Translations under genes and position numbers: made by a program | Shown: one piece after another, positions 51,774-60,400 of the stretch | Numbering within the stretch: the stretch's first letter is position 1 | Layout: the number at the start of each line of letters is the position of its first letter | Source: Candidatus Omnitrophota bacterium | Lineage (GTDB): Bacteria; Omnitrophota; Gorgyraeia; Zapsychrales; Fredricksoniimonadaceae | Assembly: GCA_903944345.1 (NCBI GenBank) | Contig: CAJARJ010000015.1 | Location: 6,433-70,432, forward strand | Length of the DNA: 64,000 nt | Direction of reading: 5' to 3' | Notes under the pieces: generated by a model | The model's database searches: none | What the model was told of the DNA's origin: nothing | What the model saw: only the letters and a program-made list of their open reading frames with translations

Positions 51774-51811
51774 ATGACAAGATGATGTCGGGGATGTTAA
51801 ATCGGCGTGAA
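51774..51811 (-). promoter_or_regulatory. Pho-box array (four half-sites)
   Basis: TTCAC, TTAAC, GACAT, GTCAT at exact 11-bp periodicity upstream of porin-pst. Confidence 0.65.
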
Positions 51812-51873
51812 CTGTTTGATTTCGGGGGAAATTTTTGAAAGCGCAGGAATGCAAGTGTCTACAAATAAATACT

Positions 51874-53646
51874 TTAAGCGTAGGAAAGCGTGAAAGAAAA
51901 TGTTGCCCCCTTCCCTGGGGCCGAAACGACCTTCACCTCGCCACCGTGCCCCTGAACGATATGCTTGACGATCGACAACCCCAAACCCGTGCCTCCCAAC
52001 TCGCGCGAACGCGCCTTGTCGACACGATAAAACCGCTCAAAGATTCTTGGCAAATCATCGGCGGGGATGCCCACCCCAGTATCTGCGATCTCAATCCGGA
52101 CATGCTCTTCCCCGGGCAGGATTCTTACCGTAATCACGCCCTGATCGGGAGTATATTTTACAGCATTATCCAGCAAATTAAGAAAAACCTGGGCCAGACG
52201 ATCTTCATCCGCCCTGACTTTGGGAGAATTCCCGGGGATATCCAGCGAAACCTGTATACATTTTCTGGAAATATTCTTTTCCAGAACTCCCAGACAACGC
52301 AACACAAGTGGCCTGAGATCAACGGGCATAAAAACCATCGGCAATTTGCCTGACTCGATCTTGGCCAGATCAAGAAGATCATTGATCAAGCTGACCAGCC
52401 GGTCACTGTTATCCCGGATAATACCCGCGAACTCGCGTGCATGCTGCGGGTCATCCAAAGCGCCTTCCAGCAAGGTCTCGGCATACCCCTTTATGCTTGC
52501 GACCGGCGTACGCAGCTCATGCGAAACATTCGCCACAAAATCCTGGCGCACTTTCTCCAAACGGCGACGCTCAGTGATATCATGAAAAACCAGCACCGCC
52601 CCTTCCGGCTTTCCGGCAGACCGGACCGACACCCCGCTCACCTTGAGAATCCTTTCCTCGGGAAACCCTACAAAAACATCGCGTTCGTCAAAACGATCCG
52701 GACCTTTAAGAAGTTTTTCGAGCATAGCGCTGACCGTGCTGTTACGGATAACCTCGACCGATCGCCGACCTTCCGGCGGAATATCGACAAAGAATAGCTT
52801 GCGCAAAGCCGGGTTCATCAGACGGATCACACCTCGGGCATCCACCAGCACGACTCCCTCAAGCATACTGGAAAGCACCGCATCCAGTTTTGCCTTTTCT
52901 TCCTCAATATCATTGATCCTGGCCCGAATCTGCCGGGACATGTTGGTCAAAGCATCCCCCAGGTCACCAAGCTCATCACCGGAGAGGATCAGCGGGGCCC
53001 GGCTGAAATCCCCGGACGCCATAGCCTTGGCCAGCAAAGACATTTCCCGGAGCGGCTTTGAAACGAGCACCGAAACCAGATATGTAAAGGCAAGGCTCAA
53101 AAAAAACACCAACACCAAAGCCACCAGGACAATGCTTTCGAGACCTTCTGCAAACAGGCGGACATCAGACATCGGCATGGCAAAACGCAACACACCGGAA
53201 GTCGAGGCATTCCCAAACGGCACCGCAACATAAAGCAAATCTTTCTTAAGAGTGTTGCTGTAGCGACGGCTCAGCCCGAGCCCCGTCCGCAGAGCCTCCT
53301 GGACTTCCGCTCTGCCTGCATGATTGTCGACGGATAGCAACTCTTCCGTCGTTAATCCGGAGTCACCCAAAACTTTTCCGTCAGCTGAAAGAATAGTCAC
53401 CCGCATCCCCGCATCAACTCCTATCCTGCGAGCCAACGCGGAAGGGTCGGATAACCGGCCGGTCAGATGAATCTGCTCGTCCATAAAGCCTCTGGAAAGC
53501 TCGATCTGCCTCTTGAGAGTGTTCTGCAGATCCTGTTCCAGAAAAACTTTCAAATGACTGGTCAGATAAAAATATCCGAGACAAAGCCCGGCTATCAAAG
53601 TGGAACAGAAAATGGCCGTAAGCTTCCAGGGGAGTCTAGCTCTCAT
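51874..53646 (-). CDS. phoR: Phosphate regulon sensor kinase
   Basis: TM-sensor-TM-HAMP-PAS, DFVANVSHELRTP, NLLDNAVKY, GGTGLGL. Confidence 0.95.
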   Translation of the reverse strand: MRARLPWKLTAIFCSTLIAGLCLGYFYLTSHLKVFLEQDLQNTLKRQIELSRGFMDEQIHLTGRLSDPSALARRIGVDAGMRVTILSADGKVLGDSGLTTEELLSVDNHAGRAEVQEALRTGLGLSRRYSNTLKKDLLYVAVPFGNASTSGVLRFAMPMSDVRLFAEGLESIVLVALVLVFFLSLAFTYLVSVLVSKPLREMSLLAKAMASGDFSRAPLILSGDELGDLGDALTNMSRQIRARINDIEEEKAKLDAVLSSMLEGVVLVDARGVIRLMNPALRKLFFVDIPPEGRRSVEVIRNSTVSAMLEKLLKGPDRFDERDVFVGFPEERILKVSGVSVRSAGKPEGAVLVFHDITERRRLEKVRQDFVANVSHELRTPVASIKGYAETLLEGALDDPQHAREFAGIIRDNSDRLVSLINDLLDLAKIESGKLPMVFMPVDLRPLVLRCLGVLEKNISRKCIQVSLDIPGNSPKVRADEDRLAQVFLNLLDNAVKYTPDQGVITVRILPGEEHVRIEIADTGVGIPADDLPRIFERFYRVDKARSRELGGTGLGLSIVKHIVQGHGGEVKVVSAPGKGATFSFTLSYA

Positions 53647-54340
53647 TTTCATCCTCTCTGAATCGGTAGCCGACACCAATGACCGTCTCGATCAAAGCCC
53701 CGGACTCCCCCAGCTTGGAGCGCAAGCGCCGGACATGCGTATCAACCGTACGCGTATATACATCCGCCCCTATACCCCAGACTTCCTTGAGCAGCCTTTC
53801 CCGATCGAGCACCCGTCCACGGCGCTCCATCAAGAGCACAAGAAGCCGGAACTCCATGGCAGTCAAGACAACCTCCTGGTCTTTAACCGACACCACATGC
53901 CTGGTGACGTCCACAACCAGTCCGCCGGCACGTAAAGGCTTGGGAGCGGAATTCTCTTCTTTGACCAACGAACGACGCAACAGCGCCTTTACACGCAACA
54001 CCAGTTCACGGGGGCTAAAAGGTTTGACCACATAATCTTCAGCCCCGAGTTCGAGCCCGACAATGCGGTCAATTTCCTCCCCTTTGGCAGTAAGCATCAT
54101 AACCAGAATATGCTTACGCTCCGGATCCTGTCTGATCTGGCGGCAGACTTCCAGACCATCTACCCCTGGCAGCATGACGTCCAGAATCACCAGATCGAAA
54201 GACTGCCGGGCCAGCATGGACAACGCCGCCTCTCCGCTGGCAGCCGTTTCAGCAACATACCCCGCCTTGCCCAGATTGTACTGGACCAGTCGCGCGATAT
54301 CCTTGTCATCTTCAACAACCAGTATTTTTTCAGAACTCAT
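53636..54340 (-). CDS. phoB: OmpR-family phosphate regulon response regulator
   Basis: Receiver + TRTVDTHVRRLR, IETVIGVGY; adjacent to phoR and pst. Confidence 0.92.
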   Translation of the reverse strand: MSSEKILVVEDDKDIARLVQYNLGKAGYVAETAASGEAALSMLARQSFDLVILDVMLPGVDGLEVCRQIRQDPERKHILVMMLTAKGEEIDRIVGLELGAEDYVVKPFSPRELVLRVKALLRRSLVKEENSAPKPLRAGGLVVDVTRHVVSVKDQEVVLTAMEFRLLVLLMERRGRVLDRERLLKEVWGIGADVYTRTVDTHVRRLRSKLGESGALIETVIGVGYRFREDENES

Positions 54341-54430
54341 GATCAATATTTTAACAAAAAAAGAACTGTAAACATTCTTTATCCCGGATTTTTCTTTAGA
54401 AAATAAAAATCCGGCCTGAACCCCGGGCTG

Positions 54431-57400
54431 TCAGTGTGCCGCCCCCAGCCCCGAGAGTTCTGCCAGAAGAGGGACATTCCCGACGTTAACCGGCTCTATT
54501 CTGAAAATCATCGGGGTCAACCCCTGGATGTTCACCATAGCCGGATCCTGCATGTAGGCCGGAAGAGGCATCCCCTCGCCGTCGACTTTGATATCAATCT
54601 TCAGGTATTTCTCGTCCAGGCTTATACCACCCACTGGCTCTTGCGCCTGATCGGCAACAACCAAACCGGCAGCTGGTTGTTCTTGTTCCTCATGAAAATA
54701 CTGCAAATATATAGCCGCCAGCAAAACAGCTTGCTCGTCATATTGATTATCGAGCAGGGTAAGTCGCCCCATCAGCTCATCTTCCTGTCCCCTGCTTTCA
54801 TCTGCAGAAGGAGTCTTGTCTGCCTTAAGTGCGTCCAGCAGGGCCACCAGTTCCTCTTTCTGCCCCACAATAGTCATTATTGCCTGCATATGCTCATTGA
54901 CCCGTCGGTCTTCATCGACAGTCAACGCGGGCGGCAACGATACACCTTGCATATCTTTCAGCCACACCTGCAATTGATCTCGCGTCGCCTGCAAGGCAGG
55001 ACGTTGATCCTCCGCAACAACATTAACCGCATGATTATACCGATCCAGAGTTATCTGCAAAGCCGCCCGGGCAAAAGTGAAATCTGATTCGGGATCTCTA
55101 CCCGCCAACGGTTCCGCCTCTCTTTCTGGCTTAACTTGCGGCTCATCCAACTCCGTCGACACCGGCTCCAGCGCCGGAGCCTCAACGGACACCGGCCCTT
55201 CGGCCACAGACGGGACCACCGGAGGTGTTCTTCGCTGCAGCCTTTCTTCGTCTGACTCCCTGGTTTTTCTTTTCCAGATACTCGCAACCAGCCATACAAA
55301 TAATCCTGCAGCGGCCGTCCAGAGAGTCCAGACTGTTTTTGTTTCCCCAACAGATACAGATGGTTTCGCCGGCTCTTTCACTTCCGGCTTCTGTTCTGCG
55401 GACGGAACCGCCAGAGACTCCCACTCCCGCAATAACTCACTCAATTGACCGGAATAAAAATTAGCCAGCCGCCAGCTCTCGGAAGACACCTGCCCGTTAG
55501 TCTCATTCTTATCCTGCCAGTCGGACACATTATCCAGTGTCTTACGAATCTGCTCTTTTACGCCATTGACATCAATGCCCTGAAGACTTTTTTGCGCCTG
55601 AATCAGAGTTCTTTGCGTACCAACTCTAAAATTCTCCATCGGCTGCCACAACCGGGGAACAACTATGCCAACTTGTCTCGCGGACAGCAACTGCACCTGC
55701 AATTGTTCCGTCTGACTCTTTAATTGCGCCAATGCCTCTGAAGAAGCTCCACTATTTTGTCCCTGGACATATCTTCCCGACACATCCTCAATCTGGCGAG
55801 TAAGCTCTTCTATCCTCTGAACAAAAACAATGCTCTGTTTTGTGGGCACCACAGATTTGACGCCTGCGGATGATGGTGTTGCCGGAACATGTGTCGCCGC
55901 CTGATATTCAGTGGCATATCGAACCGCATACACCTTCCCTTTCCAGCCAAACAATCTGACTTCATTGAGCACAGTTCCCCCTTTAGCCCCCTGCCTGAAC
56001 GCCTGGCTGAATGAACCGCCAAAAACCGGAACACTGGCCTCGCCATACCGGATGGTCGTATGATTGACTACGGGCCTCTCGACAACAAGAGCTTCCGTTG
56101 CCGGAGCATCTTGCCATAACTTCCGGAGCTGCGCTTTCCGGGCAGGATGACTTTCCAGATAAGCGAAAGCCTTGGCCTCCATTGTATCAAGATACTCATT
56201 GGCAGGGGCCGCACCAACAAAAGCCGGAGATAAAGCCCCCAAACCCAGAACAAAGGCCATAACTCCTGCCCGCAATGTCTGCAGCAAAGTTACAGAAGCC
56301 GCATCATAAGAACCCGTCTGTTCCCCGACAACCCGAGCTGCCTCGACAGCTCCTACGGCAGCAAGCACCTCAGGATTCATAACAATTCCACCCGAGAAAT
56401 ATCTGCGCGGAACCAGCTGTCTGGTGGCGGCATCAAAATCTTCCTTGATGTAATCGTAAGCTCCCGTCTTGTAGGCCTCCAGATACTGTTGGTAAATCTT
56501 CTCCCTGGCCCCCGGATCATCCACTTCAATGCCTGCGACCTTGCTTTTATCAGCATAGACCTGGCCCAACAGACTTTCCTTGAGCGCGCGCTTGAACCAA
56601 ACCGCCAGAATCATGGAATCATATATCTGACGCAACAAGGCAAAATTCTTGCCCTCGTTCACCTCTTGCTCGATAATCGGAATAATAATATCCCGCAACA
56701 CCTCCGTTGAAAGTTGCCGCGAACCATCCCGACTTTCCGCCCCTACCGAAGCATCGGCGACGATCCCGGCTTGACGCCCGCCTTCTTGCGCAAGAAAATC
56801 CTGCTCAAGCATGACCTTCAGATGCCTCTTCACCAGAAGCACCGTATCACCCTTCTGGTAAATTTCCGCTTTATCCGGAGTAATCCATACCTTGTTAAAC
56901 GTGTCCAGGGGTATATCTGTTGTGCCCAGTTCCTGCGTCGCCCGGGCATAAACCCTGGACCAGAACTCCTTCCCGCTCTCGCCTTCCGGATACATTAACG
57001 ATGATGTCAACTGTTTGAGCAGATAGTCCTGCGCCAATAAGTCCTTGCCCATCCCGGTTCCGGCAAAATTGTCGGGCATAATGCGCTCAGACTCGTAGGG
57101 CGACAAGTTGACCCACATATCTGTGTTGGGTATGGTCAAAGAGGCCAGAAAATATTTGATCAGACGTTTATACTCCTCTTTCTTGAGATCCGGAGCCATA
57201 TGCTCCTGCCCCTTGTGCATCACAAAAAAGAAATTGAACGGATCCTTGAAATCCGTCCGCAAGCCAACCATATGTGCCGGCTGAAATCCCTCACTGCGGC
57301 TGATCATCTCCCCTGGCAAAGGCATAAGAGCAGCAACCTGGGCGTACCCTGCCGCCTGCCCAGGAACGGTAGCAAAAAATGCCGCCATAACCAGACAAAC

Positions 57401-57442
57401 CGCCGATCTAAACCAGCAATATTTTTTCAACTTCTGAAACAT
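54431..57442 (-). CDS. Large secreted/membrane protein with conserved N-terminal domain and C-terminal GGI motif (Omnitrophota-type, paralog A)
   Basis: Signal peptide; IKYFLASLTIP..WVNLSP..DYLLKQL..FNKVWI..EVNEG..LRQ..RYFSGG shared with the neighbour; C-terminal GGISLD..GLTPMIFRIEP. Confidence 0.85.
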   Translation of the reverse strand: MFQKLKKYCWFRSAVCLVMAAFFATVPGQAAGYAQVAALMPLPGEMISRSEGFQPAHMVGLRTDFKDPFNFFFVMHKGQEHMAPDLKKEEYKRLIKYFLASLTIPNTDMWVNLSPYESERIMPDNFAGTGMGKDLLAQDYLLKQLTSSLMYPEGESGKEFWSRVYARATQELGTTDIPLDTFNKVWITPDKAEIYQKGDTVLLVKRHLKVMLEQDFLAQEGGRQAGIVADASVGAESRDGSRQLSTEVLRDIIIPIIEQEVNEGKNFALLRQIYDSMILAVWFKRALKESLLGQVYADKSKVAGIEVDDPGAREKIYQQYLEAYKTGAYDYIKEDFDAATRQLVPRRYFSGGIVMNPEVLAAVGAVEAARVVGEQTGSYDAASVTLLQTLRAGVMAFVLGLGALSPAFVGAAPANEYLDTMEAKAFAYLESHPARKAQLRKLWQDAPATEALVVERPVVNHTTIRYGEASVPVFGGSFSQAFRQGAKGGTVLNEVRLFGWKGKVYAVRYATEYQAATHVPATPSSAGVKSVVPTKQSIVFVQRIEELTRQIEDVSGRYVQGQNSGASSEALAQLKSQTEQLQVQLLSARQVGIVVPRLWQPMENFRVGTQRTLIQAQKSLQGIDVNGVKEQIRKTLDNVSDWQDKNETNGQVSSESWRLANFYSGQLSELLREWESLAVPSAEQKPEVKEPAKPSVSVGETKTVWTLWTAAAGLFVWLVASIWKRKTRESDEERLQRRTPPVVPSVAEGPVSVEAPALEPVSTELDEPQVKPEREAEPLAGRDPESDFTFARAALQITLDRYNHAVNVVAEDQRPALQATRDQLQVWLKDMQGVSLPPALTVDEDRRVNEHMQAIMTIVGQKEELVALLDALKADKTPSADESRGQEDELMGRLTLLDNQYDEQAVLLAAIYLQYFHEEQEQPAAGLVVADQAQEPVGGISLDEKYLKIDIKVDGEGMPLPAYMQDPAMVNIQGLTPMIFRIEPVNVGNVPLLAELSGLGAAH

Positions 57443-57455
57443 ATACCCTCCATTA

Positions 57456-60400
57456 TCATTTCTGTATCATCATTCCAAAAAACTGAAGAGGATCGGATAC
57501 GGGCTGAAAATTGAGTATCTCAAAATCGAACCCCGTAAAACCACTGTTTATCCTGGAAAAGATCACAGGATCTATCCCCCCCTGAGCCACAACACCGGTC
57601 GCATGCCCCATGAAGGAGATGCTTCGCGGGGCCGCCGAAAAATCCAGACCACCATTTGCGATCATTTCCTCTGCCTGGGCACTATCTCCATCTGAACGCA
57701 ATTGAGCATGATCACTGTCCTGACCCGAAACAGAACGGTCAGAAACATTTACACGGGAGGCCGACATCAATCCAGACAAGTTGCCAGAAGAGCCTTGCAC
57801 GGGCATGGTGGGATACAAGCCACCTGCTGTCAAACCCGATAAACGCGCCAAATTTTCCTGACCAGGCAGCGTACGGTAACGATCAGATTGGGCCCTTTGC
57901 CGCAGGCGAGCCAGGCTGCTCTGTCCGGGCAAAACCCGGACAGCCTTCTGCTGCGCGGCAAGGCTCGCACGATGCCCAGACCCCATCTCTTGCGGATTAC
58001 GAAAATCCGGCAATCCACCTTCTTGCAAAAGCTTCCTGGCACGATTGCGCGTTTCAGGGCTGTTCACAAAAACAATCGAGGCCGCGCCCTGATGTGGCAT
58101 AAGAGGGTTAGCCACCAGATCATCCCCTATCGCTTCCTCTCTGGCTTTAACAAACATTTTAAAGAACGGAAGCATGTGGGCACGCGCCTGTTCGCTGTCA
58201 TTCATCGAGTAAGAATCCCTGAAATCTTTCGCTTTCACCCTGGCATCGAGATAATGATCCTGGAGAATCTCTCCGATCGGCTTGACCAGAAGATTAATGC
58301 CATCCATGGTCATATGAAGATAATGATATTGCTTGCGGTACGGATCCAGGCCGTCTTTGAGCTTGTCCAGGATCCTGACCACTCTCGGGCCAAAACTGAC
58401 CAGACCGGTATAAGCAGGAAGATGCCGCATTTCTTCGCGGACGAGGCCATATTCTTCGTCGAGATGTCGTAACACTTCGCTGGGTAAAGGCTTGTAAACT
58501 TCCTCTTTGCGCAGCTCGTCAAAGTCCCTCTTTTCATGTATCGTCCGGACATGGAACCCGTCTTCAAAATGCTTCATGATCATAAAACCCAAGGACTTCA
58601 AATCCTTTTTACGGACAAAACTGGTCAGGATGTTGACGTCTCTTGGAACATACGGCGGAATAGTTCCCAGAAAAACATCACGGCTGTAAACGATAACTCG
58701 CCAGCCAGCATGATTCTTTAGAACTTTTTTAGAATCCATCATCTTCTGGGACATCCGGTAACCATTGATAACCGCCCATTCTAGGAAAATATCTTCCTGA
58801 TAACTGTCATCCCCGCGAAACACCACCAGGACATTCAAATCTCGCTCGGCAATACCTTTCAAGCGCGGATACTCTCCGAGGATACGCTGATCCTGCAGCA
58901 TCTGCTTGGCATATGACTGCGCATCAAAATAGGCGTTCATGCTCCCCTTGGTTCCGTTTGGCGGAACAACAAACAAAGGGACATCCGGACGAAAAAGACT
59001 GCCACCTTTGCGCTCTGCAATAAAATCTTCCAGCCCGGACACATATTCTTTCTTGCCAGGGATAAATAAAACCATATCCACACTCGGAGAATTCGTTGTA
59101 TTGCGTTCTCTTTGCTGGCTTTCTATCCCTTCCATAATCCCGAGACTGATCCTCGCCACCTGGGAATCACCATCAACTTGCGGCACTCGATTGCCCCGGT
59201 ACATATTAAGAAAATTGGTAAATTGATCCTCAAGCAGGCGGCTCATGGCCCGCAGGTCGGGAGCTTTGACATTAAAATGCGCCACCACCCAGAAAAGCGC
59301 CAGGCTTAACGCGAAAACCCCAAACCCTGACGCCGTAATAATTCCGGCAGAAAACATAGGAAGCTCAAGCGCGAACAAATAATTGAATCCTGTCAATATG
59401 GGATTCGCAAAAAACACGATAATCGGAAAGTAAAAAACTCTCCAGGCGCGACTCAGCAGGCTGCGGTATGTATTGATCTTTCTGCCGCTGGCCCCCATCA
59501 CGGGAAAAAGGCTGTCGGCTTTTTCAATCATTTCGTTAAGGCCACTGATGCCCTGACGCACAATCAGCCCGCGATCCTCCTTTGATCCGTACAAATCCGG
59601 AATAATGTCATTCTGCAGCTCCAGTAACTGCGGAACAAGTCGTCTGAGTTCATTCAGCGACCGGTCCAGCCGGTACTGATCCATAAGCACCCAACGGATA
59701 AATGGCGCAAACGGAAACCACCAGCGCTCCATCCAGTGACGCTTGTCCATCTTGTAGCTGATCACTTTGTCAACCACGGCCCTGTATTCAAGAACCTGCA
59801 AATATTTGACTGCAGACATTCTCATCTTGTGAAGCTGCCGGATGTCCCGCAGGATAATGCTCCGGTCTTTATCGCCTAGCGGAGGGTTGCTTGCCAGATA
59901 CCCGGACAGAATCTCCAGCGTATCCATACTTAAGAAATTAAAGTCCGTCAGCAAGTTGCGATACTGCACATTACGCGGGAAACTGTCCACATCCCTGGAT
60001 ATTAATGACGGCAGAAATGCTGTCTTGCGGATGAACATATATGCATTATTCATGATGCCGTTAAGGTCGGCCAGAACCTGCTTTTGCAGCAGATCTTTCT
60101 GCAAAGCATCTTCCTGAGAATAGGCAAAGAAATCCTTGTTGCCCCAGCCAACCAGGGTTTCACTCCATCTGAGCAAATGTGCCTTGATAAAATGCGTCTT
60201 CTCGGTTCCTTTGGCAGAAAGACTGGTGACAAGCACCCCTCGGGACGCTTCAGTCTCGTCGGTTGCCGCTACTTTCATTTGCCTGCGCAGAATATCGGCC
60301 AGAACCTGCAACCTGTTCCCGGATAAGGGTGCCCCTTTGCGGAACAAGTCCTCCCCGAAAACGGTCAGCGCATACTTCTTCCACCAGAACGAAAAGGCTG

